Below are positions 22,672 to 35,611 of a stretch of 64,000 nucleotides of DNA, in pieces. The DNA is from Curvularia clavata (lineage: Eukaryota), in the NCBI GenBank assembly GCA_023920165.1, contig CP089279.1:558001-622000 (forward strand), in the 5' to 3' direction. The number at the start of each line of letters is the position of its first letter. Positions within the stretch are counted from its first letter, which is position 1. The notes under the pieces were generated by a model. The model made no database searches. It had not been told where the DNA came from and saw only the letters and a list, made by a program, of their open reading frames with translations. The position numbers and the translations under genes are program-made.

Positions 22672-22893
22672 AGCCTGGAACTGAGCGGGGAAAACATCTT
22701 AGTATGGACCAATGCCACAAATATGTATTTCAACGTTTGATTCTCCAAAGAAGTGAAAGAAGATGGAGAACAGTAAATGTATCTACAAAGAAGCGTCCAC
22801 CATCACGTAGGGACTTTAAAGAGCCGCCTTCGAATCGTCATCATCCTTTCCTTTCCTTCCCCCTTCGACCAAAAGCCGTGCTCCTTAAGCCTC

Positions 22894-23699
22894 CTAACCA
22901 GAGTAGACAGCAGGTCCAGGGCTGACGTACTTGAAGCTGGAGTCGTAGATAGCCTTTGTGAAGAGCGGGTCGCTCAGTTTGTATGCGCCAGGGAAGCTAA
23001 CACCAGAGGGTGTGGCACTGCCTCCGCCAGTAACCTTAACCTGGAAGCAGCTGACGTACGGCTGGGGGCTTCCAGCACCAGCGTGCAGAGCAATTGCCTC
23101 AGCGCGGACAAGGTAGTCGCCAGCCGCAAGGTTCTTGGGCACGGTGAAGGCGCGCTTGCCGCAGTTTGCGTTGAGGATCTCGGTGCCCCAGCTGGCGGTG
23201 GTGCCGGTATAGCCGTCCTCGGCTACCTTGAAGAAAGAACCCGAGCTGGCGGTTTTGGCGTCGTTGACTTTGGCCATGTAGATGAGGACGGGGCCGTAGT
23301 GGTTGCCGCCGATGGCGGGCTGCGAGCAAGAACGCGCGCCGGGCTGGGCGTGCATTTCTACGGTCAGGGAGCTGCCAGCTGAGAAAGACAATGTTAGCTG
23401 CATGTTTGACATAAAACGAGGGGCGAGTGGTAAGGATTTTGTTTTCTTTTTGCTCCTATTGGGGCGGAAGAGTTTGTGTTTCGAATAGACTTACCAGCAA
23501 CTTCGCAGACGCCGGACGAGGAAGCGGGACCACGGCCGCAGAACATGTCACCAGAAGACAGGCTGTCGATGGGGCTGTTGTCCTTGACTGTGCGGGTGCA
23601 GGTAGAGCCCTTGTCCGTGCTACCAACCCAAAGTTGCTGCCATGTCGAGTGGGCAGAGGCAGTAGCCGCAGCGGCGAGGAGGATGGTGGCGTACTTCAT
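22894..23699 (-). CDS. AA9 (GH61) lytic polysaccharide monooxygenase, secreted; exons 23699-23495, 23378-22894
   Basis: Signal peptide MKYATILLAAAATASA followed by His1 (HSTWQQLW), second His in NHYGPV, YLVRAEAIALH, QPYVSCFQ, FPGAY and PGPAVY. Confidence 0.93.
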
Positions 23700-24476
23700 G
23701 ATTGATGATGTGTAGTTGATGAGAGAAGGGCTGAGAGTGAACGACTGTATTGTGTACTCCAAGGCAAAGGCAGAAGATTGCCTTTATTTATTTCTTATGT
23801 TCCTAAACCCACACATCTTGCTGGTCAGCGATATGCAATCTAACAGCAACGATGTTGATCCGGGCCGCCATACCAGTAGCACGACTGAAGCATGAATCAT
23901 CACCGATCCTTGAATCTGTGTGATTTGTCGCCCCTAGCCAGTATCTTCACATATGTTGATTGCATCGCTCCAACCAAGCTTTCTTGGCACCAGTGAAGTA
24001 GCGCGTGCTCATCAGCACCCAATTTGCATCTATGTCTACCATTCGTCGGGACAACACTGCAAGCCCCAGAATTTGCCTGATTGGGCACGGCATTGTTTTT
24101 TGTGTCGGGTGTTGCATCATTTGGCGTTGTTTCGAATGCAGTGGTGCCCCGCAATATGAGGCTGGACTTATTGTGCAAGGTCACTTGGACGACACTGTTG
24201 TGGCGATGAGAGACATCTCGTAAGCGCTGCAATCTGGGTTATTCGTTGATGCCGGGGTCTCGATGTCTTGGAAACCTCATGCGCCGCCTATTCTGTATCT
24301 GCTGCATGTTCCGAGCTTAGTTGCTGAGTTCGTCGTAGTTGACTGATGGAGTGGCGGTTAATAACCATCCTCGACAAGCGACCCACTAAACCCACCTCAT
24401 CGATATTTGAAACGTACTGCACTAACTGTAGCTTCGATCACCGCTTCTACGTTTCCCGCGCCCAGACATGATCTTC

Positions 24477-24490
24477 CGGATTCGAGGCCG
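24477..24490. promoter_or_regulatory. CGG-N8-CCG inverted repeat (ClrB/CLR-2-type Zn2Cys6 site) upstream of the AA9 gene
   Basis: CGGATTCGAGGCCG about 780 bp upstream of the AA9 ATG. It is a short motif and could be chance. Confidence 0.3.
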
Positions 24491-24709
24491 AAAGGCCGGA
24501 CCGCGGCCAACTCGAGGATGCGAATGGACGTCACTAGCTGACCAGTTCATTTCTGAGGCGAAAGGATTAGATTGAATATTTTCAAGTACCGAATTGCTGC
24601 CGCAGCCACTTCATCGTGTAACTGGTCTCACTGGTGCGGCCTCCACACGGCGGCAGCAATGCCGGCGCCAATCCGTTGTGGTGCATGAGTGGGAGAAACA
24701 GTGCCTCGT

Positions 24710-26227
24710 CTACCCACTCTTGACCTTTGCATTCTTGCCGAAGTAGTTGGCGAGTGTGTTCTTCTGCGTTGGCTTGACTTTGGTGGCAGCAGGCTCCGTC
24801 TTCTTTGCACGGTCTCCAACACCCATCAATTTTTTGAACTCTTCCCATTCCTGCTTTCCCACTATACCGCCACTGGCCTCTTTGTGCCCTCTTGCAAAAC
24901 TCTCTCCTAGTCTAGCTCTCAAGTCCCTGTCCTCGGCAACAATGTTCTCGAGCTTCTTGATAATGTCAACCTTCTCCTCTCCTTCCTTCGCCCGCGCACA
25001 TTTAGCGACTCGACACGAGAAATTGACTTTGTCGGGAAGATAGCCTTCGTTGGCACACATTACGATTTCCAGCTTATTTGACTTTAGAGTACCCGACCAA
25101 CGAGTCGCAATGACGGGATGAATCTGCGCAGCCGAGGATATTGAAAGCAGGGCTATGGTAGCGTCCGCGGAGAACTTGGGCGGCGTATGTGTCCATCGCT
25201 CGGTTTCGCGTCTTACCTCCAAAGACGCGTCGCGGAGTCTTCCGTTCTGGATAACAGAGCCAGGGGTTTTTGCAGAAAGCACTGCATCCCACGCGTCTTC
25301 GACATTGTAAGCTGCTGAGCGTCTCGGCGCGTTTACTAACGCCACTGCGTCATTGATCGCCTTCTTCGTGTGTTGTTTAAAGGTGGCTGTCATATCTGGG
25401 AAGGGCGGTTCCCACTTAATGGTGGTTCCCAAGTCGCCATGAGTGCCTAGCGCAGCCAGCCAGGAGATCTTGTCGCCCAAGTCTGAATGCAACGGTAGGC
25501 ATATGCTGTAGGTTAGGAGAGCACTCGTCGCAACTGGGGGGCAGTCGTGCGCTGTTACATATTCGGCGCCCTCCGGGAAACCTCCTTCGTCTGCAAAGTG
25601 GTGATCTATAACAAGGCATGTGTGCGGTAAGTCGAATAGTGACGGACTCTTTCTACTACCTTGGTCCAGGACAAAAACATACGCTGGCGATCTAGCAGTC
25701 AGAGCTTCTTTTGTATTTTCATCGTGAACATTGGAGCCTTTTGGGGGAAAGTACACCGATATGAGATCAGGCGATAAGCCTAGGGTAGTGAGGGTGTGAT
25801 GCAGTATTGCACCAGATGAAAGGCCATCTGCATCCTTATCTGGGATAATAACAGTCGGCTTCTCGGCTGCGGCACTGCTGGTATTCAGTACAGTGCAGAG
25901 TAGACGTTCATAACTTATAGCTCACCATTGTTTGATGATGTCCCGTGCACGTTCGATTTGCTCACGCCTGGCAGGCCACACAGTCTCGCCGCTGTCATCC
26001 TGTCTCGAAGGAGCAAGATGATAAGCAGGTATTTCAAACTTTGGTTTTTTCGATTTAGGCGACGAGGAGCCTTTGTCGTGCTTGCGCTTCAATAGGCTCA
26101 TTGCGCATGCAGACTCGTGAAGCAGTCGGGCTTGTGATACTGAGATGAGTGTAGAAGGCCGTATCTGATAACAGGAAACCGGCAGTGTATGGTACGACTT
26201 TGCCAGCCCTTGAGAGAACAATCTCAT
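24710..26227 (-). CDS. RecJ-like DHH/DHHA1 phosphoesterase; intron 25925-25878 (or -25875); in-frame ATGs at 26290, 26227 and 26101
   Basis: Motifs PDKDADGLSS, VLDQGS, VIDHH, ALGTHGDL, NAPRR and RGHKEASGG match the RecJ/DHH motif order. Confidence 0.85.
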
Positions 26228-26401
26228 TATCCTCGCGTGTAGTGGTATAGTAACACGCAACAAGCTGAGATGCAATTGACAAAGGTACATCGTAGTCAAT
26301 GACGTCGTCGACACGCTAGTTCAGATCTAGCCCAACCGCCCAATAGTGGAATGAATGGTTGAATGTACCGTGCAAGCTAGAACACTTTAAAGTGTTGTAG
26401 T

Positions 26402-28564
26402 TTAGAAAGACATATGTAGCTCTCTGCTGTCTTTCGCAAGAGTTTGTCCGTCGAAGCTTACACCGATAAGTTCAAATGTGACAGTCTCTCCCATGTTCTG
26501 TTCAACGAATGCTTTTTTCAGAATATGCTCCAATGCATATACTTTACCGAGCATCGCTCCGTTTGCGTAGATAGCAAAATGTGAAAAAGGTCCGGTGATG
26601 TTGCTGTAGGGGATTCCCGCATCTTTCCACTCGGCTTCTATGCCATGCCTGAAACTCCAAGACAACCGTACATGCTCACAGTCTCCTTCTCCCTGCTTTT
26701 CAAGTCGCATTTGGTCAATCGAGAATGACGACGGCATTTGCAATGTAGATATTGGCACGATCCGGACGGTCATGATCTCCAGCAACGGCAAAGCTTTGCC
26801 TAGAGTAGTACCAAGGGAGCCTTTCAGACAAACTCCTAGCTCTTGAATACGAGTGTTAGGTATTGGAGACTTCGGCACATCAATCGTTCGTTGAAGCCCT
26901 TTTCCTGGTGCGATATCTGAAAAAAGAACACCTTCTGTGGTTCGGATGTAAAAGCTGACAACGGAGTGGCCCGCTGGCAGTGACACGTTGCAACTGCATA
27001 TCTCGACCTGCAAAGAACCATTTGCTGGCATGTCAAGTTTGAAGAGCGGTAGCCAGACTTCTGTTGTGTCATCGATGTCCAATCGAGTTTGCACGGCTTC
27101 AATAACTAGACAAGAAAGTCTCGTCGTGCTGTGTAGACGGTGCCAGAGTTTGACAGGCTGATTACTGTATTCAATCATGGTTGGAAGTGGGAGAATGGAC
27201 TGGCTGCTTAGTTGTGCATGAATGCTACAGCCGCTGAATAGATGATTGGATGCCTCGTTATGCGTAGCGAAGGCCCGACTAAAGTCAGTATAGAAGAAAT
27301 TCTCCGAGCCAGCTACACGCTCTTTTGCATTTTTCAGGATGGCAAATGCCTGATTTGGTCGATGACGCGACAAACAATCTCCGCAAGAGCAGTCGAGATC
27401 ATGTGGAAGCAAGGTGCCCCGCCAGACCGCACGTTCAACATCCCTCCCATGGCCGGGAAAATGCTCAAATGACCAGGCAGGGGCAAATATTCCTGCTGAT
27501 AGACCCAGGCCCCCAAGTTTAGCCACAGCGATGCCTGTATTAGTACCACCACCTCCATATTCAGGATAGGTAACACGCGGATGTGTAAAACTAGATTTGT
27601 TTTGTGCCCACACATCGATGCCGAAGAAAATGTTTTCGGGTGGGAATTCACTTGATAGGGCGAGCTGGAGCGAGTTCTCAGCATCGGCATCTTTCCAGCA
27701 ATAGTTTGTGAGTATGCTTCCGCAGGCCGTCGCAAACTTGATGTTGGAAGTATTCAGCGCGTTTTGATATGATATCTTGTTTGATATGGTAAGAGCATCG
27801 TACCTAAGCTGCTGTTATACTGTCTGAATGGCTAGGGCAGGTACTTATCTAACCTACCATATAAGCCTCTTTGCTTCATCCATCTCGTTCTTTAGCTGAT
27901 GGAGAAACGCTTCAAGGATTTCCGATTTCCAGGAGTCACTCGGAAATGGCTTCTCAATATTCACCAACCAGCCATCGAAACCATAGCTATCAGCAATCTT
28001 CGCTAGTGTTTTTGCCAGGGGAAAATCCTTTTTTCGTCCATCGTGCGTGTGTTGCAGTAGACGCTCAGAGCCCTCAGTTTGTGGCTCAACCAGAATTGTA
28101 CCCAAAACATTGACACCGTTACGATGAAGTGTATTCGTCCATGTCGGAGGTGGTACGCACACTAACTTGTGCGAGAAGTAGATGAACACATCAACAAATT
28201 GAAGATACTCACAGGAATAGAGGTCTTTGTCCACACCCACCGCCTGCACGTTCTCATACTCGTGGTAATTTCCCGAGTAATCATGGATCAAAAGAACGTC
28301 TGCCTTGCTGGAGTCGTTGTTCGCGCCTTGATTCTTTGCTCGTAAGCACGGCGTATTGGCTTTTTGGAGGGGGTCACAGGCATCTTCGTTCCAAGATTCC
28401 AGCTGGTCAAACGTGTCAAAGTATGTGAAGCCTTTAAGTCGATCTAAATCCCGTTGCTTGCGCCTCTCATCAGGCGTCGGCCCTGTATCTGGTGAGGGGA
28501 ACAAATGGCGGTACCCATCACGAATCGGTCTCAGGATGTCCTTCCATCCCAGTAGATAGGCCAT
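26402..28564 (-). CDS. GH85 endo-beta-N-acetylglucosaminidase (cytosolic ENGase); exons 28564-27858, 27803-26402
   Basis: HDYSGNY, FIYFSHKLVCVPPPTWTNTLHRNGVNVLGT, catalytic YGFDGWLVNIE, IW|YDAL, TNYCW, FFGIDVW and SAGIFAPAWSFE. Confidence 0.9.
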
Positions 28565-29048
28565 GGCGGCGCTAAGCAGAATCAAATTTATCGACCTTGA
28601 TCATTTGGTGGGTGTTCCAAATAGGTGAAGTCTAGCTTGGGTTATTTCCTACAGGGATCCATGGACGTTTCGAAGCGTAGAAGCTGCGTCAGATCCTCAA
28701 TGCGCCTGATGTGAATTGCAGTGATGATCAGCTTGTTGAAGAATTTTCCGTTCGCAAGTGCTTCTTCAAAATGTGATATTGACAAGACAAGATTGGCTGT
28801 GGATGTACCGTAGATAGGCACTTGTTGAGTATGCGAACCACTGCGGGAGCGGCGACGATCAAAGTGACGTTCCTGACGGGGGTCGGGCTTGGCAAACAAG
28901 GGCTACGTAGCTCCATCCTTACGTACATACTAGCTGCCGGAACGTGTCTTTTTATGTGGAAAGTCGAGAATCTCTCCACACACCCACCACCTCCTGTCGC
29001 CAAACATCTGCTGCTTTATTGGAAGCGCCTAGCGACACATCCGCTGCA

Positions 29049-29944
29049 ATGATGAATCTCTTCCGACTCTTGGGTATGCACAATGGATGCAAGGGCCATC
29101 GCGACCGAAGGGGCGCCCTTGAGAAGAATGATCGCATTGCTGACTTTGTACAGGGGATTTGTCCCATTTGCTCTCTATCCTGATCCTTTTACATAAAATG
29201 AAATCGTCGAGCGTACGTCGAGCCAGCCTGCCATTGCGGCGCAACGACTCGAGCTAACGCGTCCACAGAGCGCCTCCGGTATCTCATTCAAGTCGCAATT
29301 CCTGTACTTGGTTGTCTATCTCACGCGTTACGTCGACCTCCTATGGACCTTTTACGAACCAAAATCGCTCTACCTGACCGTCTTCAAAATCATCTTCATT
29401 TCCACGTCCGCATACACCGTCTACCTAATGCTCAATGACTACAAACCGACGCACGATCCAAATTTGGACACGTTCAAAGTGCAGTATCTTGTAGGAGCTA
29501 GTGCCGTATTGGCCATCTTGTTTCCGTACAAGTACACATTCTCCGAGGTATGGGATGCTCAGTTATGGTTACAGAACCATGCTAATAAGGCATAGATTCT
29601 TTGGGCCTTCTCCATCTGGCTAGAGTCGGTCGCGATTCTGCCCCAGCTCTTCATGCTTCAGAGAACTGGCGAGGCGGAGACAATCACAACGCACTATCTT
29701 TTTGCGCTGGGTGCGTACAGGGCGTTGTACATTCCCAACTGGATCTACCGCTACATCTTCGAAGTACCCAAGTTCTACGACCCTATTGCTGTGATTGCTG
29801 GTATCATTCAAACCATCCTATACTCTGATTTCTTCTACATCTACTACACCAAGTAAGTCTAGTTGTGCTCACTGATGTAGGACGCACTGCTAACCAACGT
29901 TCGCCAGGGTCATTCAAGGCAAGAAGTTCAACTTGCCCGTATAG
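29049..29944 (+). CDS. ERD2: ER lumen protein-retaining (HDEL/KDEL) receptor; exons 29049-29073, 29154-29212, 29269-29547, 29596-29852, 29908-29944
   Basis: [79 protein letters not shown] and KFNLPV. Four canonical introns. Confidence 0.95.
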
Positions 29945-30816
29945 ACGGCTTCTTTACGAGCAGTGCTCTCTTTCTGCTGCCGGCGGCCGAGTACGGCGTC
30001 ACTTTGGCTTCCTGTACTGCTATATCTACTTAGGGAGGCGTTTTATGGGCATTTTGTTGCATGGGCGGGGACGGAAACGGTCAAGGAAAGATATGCGAGA
30101 GTTGCCTAGACGGGTGTTGTGCATATCGAGTGAAATAAGGCGATGAGCTGTAGACGAACTCTGTGTTACTGTACCAATGGATGTATATGGAGAAATAGCA
30201 TGAAGTACAAGTAAATCCATCCAGCTGAGCCAGGCACGTGATGTGGAGGCTGCCAAGCCCTGCCAGCTGCGCACTGCTGACGTGCAGACAATTGTAAACA
30301 TCTTGGGCATACTTATGGCACAGCGAATTTGCTGACAATTGTGTGCTCAACAGTTGTCTGCCATTATCGAGAATACATCATGGGCTTGGCTAGTGACAAG
30401 TGCCAAAGCACGTGAGCAAGAGTGCGTCCGTCCTTGTGCGTGCAAGCGCCACTCAGCTGCGGCAGCGGAGGTGCTTGACTATGAAGCGACCCTAGCCTGC
30501 CGCCAACAGCTCCGCACTACTTCGTCTCACTAGCAGCCTTCCCATCCTTTTTGCCCTCATACCCCATATTAATATTATCTTCGTTCGCTGTTTTCGTTCA
30601 CCACACGTCTTGGGCCCGTCCTATATCCACCCGTACCTTCATCGAGTGATTAGAAATCAGCGTGCCCCGTGTCTCGACTGCGCTCCTGCTGTAGACCGCT
30701 GCTCTGCCTCTCATACGACCACTCCGAAGCCACTCCTAAGGTCACTCCAAGGCCCTCGAGCAAGATAGCGCGCGTGCGCGCCTAGTCACCGGCGGTTGCT
30801 TGAATCTCTACACACA

Positions 30817-31307
30817 ATGTTTTGTCTGCGAAGCTGGATACCAGTACTCTTTTTCTTGTAAGCCAGGCTTCTTGTCGCCCCTCTTGACTGTGTGACGCTT
30901 TGCAGCTACTGACTGCCTTTACTAGATTGCGAACTCATGCCTCTCCTGTCTACCTCGTCCTTTTTATATCGGCCACGTACTTCCTGAACCGACCGTGTGT
31001 TTATTGTTCGCTCCTCCTTTTCATCCTTGTCGTTGCGCTCTTCGATTTCCACACGCCATGGTTTGACGCGCCGCTGTCGGATAGCGCGGAACTGGCGCTC
31101 AATGGCACTGTGTCAGAAACAGCAGGCATGCTCGCACAAGCTGCAAACCACACAGCACAGGTCGTGGTCAAGGCTGCAGTTGAAGGAGTCAAGGGGAAGG
31201 TGGGCTTGGGCCAGGCGAGTGAGGCGCAGAGCTACGAGTGGGTCAAGGGCTTGCTGGGGAAAAAGGAATGGCGAATCCAATGCCTTGACGTGCTCATCCG
31301 CGTCTGA
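30817..31307 (+). CDS. BLCAP/BC10-family small membrane protein; exons 30817-30857, 30926-31307
   Basis: MFCLRSWIPVLFFL...YFLNRPCVYCSLLLFILVV resembles BLCAP (MYCLQWLLPVLL...RKPCTICALVF). The intron is GTAAGC..CTGAC..TAG. Confidence 0.75.
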
Positions 31308-32157
31308 GGAAAGAGGAGGATGCAATATGTAGCAGCCTACTTCAGGAATGCAATGATTTGCGCAGCATTTTGTGGCCAGAGACTGCTTGGTTGGATGCGA
31401 TAAAACGCCACCACACGAAGCGGGAGTGAATTGAAGCATTTGTACGGCGCAACGGGGACTCCAGGGATATAAATGCTACATCGTCTGCCACAATTTACCG
31501 GGTCGCGTCAGCACATGATGTATGCTATGCCACTGAAAGAAGACGACGAGTCACAGCGGCGAACGGCTCAATCTGTCTAGTTCAGGGTCACCGTGATCTG
31601 ACCATATGTGGAATGCATCCATCCATCGATCCATACCAGCACACTCATGACGTATTTCACGTGTCGAAACCACCGCCAGCCTCTCTTTGCAACCATTCTC
31701 AATGGATACTAGATGCATCCCAAGAACCCCGCGCTAAACACCCAGCCGCAGGGATCGTCTCGAGAGGTGGGGCAGGGCGGCATGCCGCACGCGCACCTTC
31801 CCCTCCGAGCCCTCGTCTTGTGCCATTGAAAGCCGTTCTTGTGTAATCCAGCCCCTCCTTTCGCTCGACAAACTGGCTGCCCTCTCTGCTTCTGCGAGAC
31901 TCTGTTCTCGACAACTGGTTCGTGCCAGGCTTGACACCAAAACCACTCCGCGTCTGCTATTCACCAGCCCGCTTTTGCCCTCTGCTTCGCCCTACCTCTG
32001 CTTGACCCACCTTGAACGCTCTAGAAGCTTCTCATCAGCAGCTAAAGAGCTTCAATCTGCCTCGCGTACCCAATTGCGACCACGACCTCGGTTGGCTGCA
32101 GCACTTGGTAGTCAAAAGAGATTTTGTCAAAGCGAAGTCACAAGCAGCTTCGTAAAC

Positions 32158-35148
32158 ATGGCTTCGGATCGCGATGTTCTCCCAGCATGGTCAGTCCATA
32201 CACAAATACCACAAGCATCCATCTGTAGTTGGGATGAGCAAAGGCTGACAATGTTTGGATAGGGCCAAGCCCTCGCACTATACCCTCTCCCTCTACGACC
32301 TCGAGTTCGGCGGCAAGTTCGGCTACCAAGGTACCGTCAAGATCAACACAAAAATCACCAAGGATGATGGCTTCAATACCCTGGTTCTGAATGCCCATCA
32401 GCTTAAGCTCAAGAGCGCCACGCTGAAGGCTGGCGATAAATCATACTCGGCCAAAGACTTTAGCTATGACGAGAAGAGGCAGCAGGTCACGCTCGATTTT
32501 GGCGACAAGATTACCTACACTGGCGAGACTGAGCTCGAGATCCAATTCCAAGGCGCCGTCAACAACGTCATGGCTGGTTTCTACCGCTCCAAGTACAAGC
32601 CCAAAGGAGAAGTCCCCGCGTCTGTAGCCAAGGACGACGAATTCCACTACATGTTCAGCACCCAGTTCGAAGCTTGCGACGCCCGCCGTGCTTTCCCTTG
32701 TTTCGATGAGCCCAACCTCAAGGCTACTTTTGATGTCGAGCTTGAGGTGCCAAAGGATCTGGTTGCGCTCAGCAACATGCCTGAGAAGGAAATCAAGCCT
32801 AGTAAGCGTGAGGGCTTCCACACTGTTGCATTTGAAAGGTCGCCTATCATGTCGACATACCTTTTGGCCTGGGCGATTGGAGACTTCGAATATGTCGAGG
32901 CTTTCACTGAGCGCAAGTACAACGGCAAGAGCATCCCCGTCAGGGTCTACACCACTCGTGGTCTGAAGGAGCAAGGTCGCTTTGCTTTGGATAACTGCCA
33001 CAAGATTGTGGACTACTTCTCTGAAGTTTTCCAGATTGATTATCCTCTCCCAAAGGTCGACCTGCTGGCCGTCCATGAATTTGTAAGTATGACTATAATG
33101 TGCACAGAACATTGCGTTGACTCTTCAGCCAATTATACGTGCAACCCTCTGTTGTTACTGAATTACGCTGACCGTTGATTTCTAGTCACACGGTGCCATG
33201 GAGAACTGGGGTCTTATCACTTACCGGTACGATTCACATAACTACTATTTGGTCATGGCACTGACACAAATTTAGAACCACCGCACTGCTTTTCGACCCC
33301 GCGACATCTGCTGACAGCTACCGAAACCGCGTGGCCTATGTTGTAGCTCACGAACTTGCTCACCAGTGGTTTGGCAACCTTGTCACCATGGACTGGTGGA
33401 GCGAGCTCTGGCTCAACGAGGGTTTTGCCACCTGGGTCGGATGGTTCGCCATTGATTATCTTTACCCTGGTATGTTATTCATCTGTATATCTTGAAATGC
33501 GATAACTGACAAGAAGGTCAGAATGGAACGTTTGGGGACAGTTTGTCGTACGTCACAAATCTCGAGGTATCTACTCTACTAGCCTGCTGACATTTCCTCC
33601 CAGACTGATTCCGTGCAACAAGCCTTCGCTCTTGACGCTCTGCGCACCTCTCACCCCATTGAAGTGCCTGTATATGATGGTTTGGAGGTTGACCAAATCT
33701 TCGACCACATCTCGTACCTGAAGGGATCATCGGTGATTCGCATGCTGAGTGCCCACCTTGGCGAGAAGGTCTTCTTGCAGGGTGTTGCCGACTACCTCAA
33801 GGCTCACCAGTACTCAAATGCAACCACCAATGATCTGTGGTCTTCATTGAGCAAGGCTTCCGGCCAGGATGTCAACAGCTTCATGGATCATTGGGTCCGT
33901 AAGATAGGTTTCCCTGTCATCACAGTCGCCGAGGAGCCAGGCCAAATCGGACTTCGTCAGCAACGCTTCCTTCTCGCAGGCAACGTGAAGCCTGAAGAGG
34001 ACCAAACTACTTGGTGGATCCCACTGGGTCTTCATACCGGTAGCTCACCCTCTACTGCGTCTGTTCACAAGACTACCGCCATGACTCAAAAAGAGGACAC
34101 CGTCCGGGACGTTAGCCAGGACTTCTATCAGCTCAACAAGAACCTAACCGGCTTCTACAGAACCAACTACCCTCCAGATCGTCTGAAGAAGCTTGGAGAA
34201 GCCCGTGACCAGCTCACTGTACAAGACAAGATTGGTCTTGTTGGTGATGCGTACGCCAACGCCGTCGCTGGATATGGCTCTACTGCTGGTCTCCTCGCGC
34301 TGGCAGAGCGCTTCCAGGACGAGTCTGACTATCTTGTCTGGTCTCAAATTCTCACTAACATTGGCAATGTCCGCAGCGTCTTCTCCGGCAGGGAGGATAT
34401 CAGTGAAGCTCTAAAGAAGTATCACCTTAAGCTCATCACGCCGGCTGTTGAGAAGGTTGGCTGGGAGTTCAAGGATGGTGAGAGCTACCTAGTGGGTCAG
34501 CTGCGCGCCAGCTTGCTCCTATCCGGTGGTATTGTTGGCCACCAGGCTACAGTTGACGAGGCATTGAAGAGGTTTGACGCGTACTTCAATAATGGAGACA
34601 AGACTGCTATCCATCCTTCGCTCCGCCGCGCTGTCTTTGCCACGGCCATCAAGAATCGTGGCGAGTCAGCAGTCAAGGCTGTGCAGAACGAATACCTCAA
34701 CACAACATCCATTGACGGCAAGGAAATCTGTCTGGGCTCACTTGGTCGCGTACAAACCCCTGAGCTTGCCAAGCAAATCATGGACTTCGTCTTCTCTGAC
34801 GCCGTAGCCATGCAAGACAAGCACTCCCCAACTATTGCTCTCGCAAACAACTCAAAGGTGCGCATTGAAGTATGGAACTACATCCGTGACAACTGGGACT
34901 CCAAGGTCCACCCCGCGCTTTCTGGAAATCCTGTTGTGCTAGAGCGATTCTTGAGATTTGGTCTCAACAAGTTTACCGATGCTGCCGTCGCAGACGACAT
35001 CCAGAAGTTCTTCTCGAACAAGGATATCCGAGGCTACAACAAGGGTCTTGAGGTCGTAGATGACACGATCCGTAGCTATGCTGCTTATGCTGCGCGAGAT
35101 GAGAAGGTGGTGCGGGAATGGCTCAGTGCTAACGGCTACTTGGGTTGA
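32158..35148 (+). CDS. M1 alanine/arginine aminopeptidase (Ape2/Aap1-like); exons 32158-32189, 32263-33082, 33186-33226, 33276-33469, 33522-33547, 33604-35148; possible CUG-initiated extension from 31873
   Basis: [56 protein letters not shown] (HEXXH-X18-E), [10 protein letters not shown] and an ERAP1-like C-terminus. Confidence 0.95.
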
Positions 35149-35611
35149 CTGGGTGCGGAGTTGTAGGTTGGTTGTTGTATAAGAAAGTAAGCCCCAGCCT
35201 GAAAATTGTGCAATATATGTAAACAAAAGAATTCTGCTTGAGCCAAAGAAATGCAAATCAAATGTACAGCTCATTCTCCCTCCTTGGTGATCGCAAAGCT
35301 AGTCGATCACTGCCAACTGCCCTTATCTTATCGGACACTGATACAGCTTGCATATTACCCCGTTCTCGCTTCCTTCGCGTCTGTGCATATGCGGTGCGAC
35401 TGTGGTAACGTACTGCAGCTGATACAATGACTAAAAGCATGCAATCGTCCCGGAGATAACCTATCAAAGCCTGATAGCCCACCTGACTTCACATCTACCC
35501 ACAATCTGTAATGCGGAGCCAATAAAGATTACTACCCATGGAAATGGTTGGACTTGAACTGAGAGGTGCTTTCCGATACTTTTGAGCCCAACATTGGTGT
35601 TTCCATAAATC

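Noticed and set aside
24476..24531. GAGGCCGAAAGGCCG and GCGAATGGAC resemble hammerhead stem II and the HDV ribozyme 3' end
   Set aside because: The CUGANGA/GAAA core is not intact and HDV P1/P3 pairings cannot be built. A Zn2Cys6 CGG site or chance hairpin is more likely.
35146..35166. Stop readthrough of the aminopeptidase (TGA CTG ... GCG GAG TTG TAG) to a cryptic PTS1
   Set aside because: The context is TGA CTG rather than TGA CTA, and the extension ends AEL, which is not a canonical PTS1.
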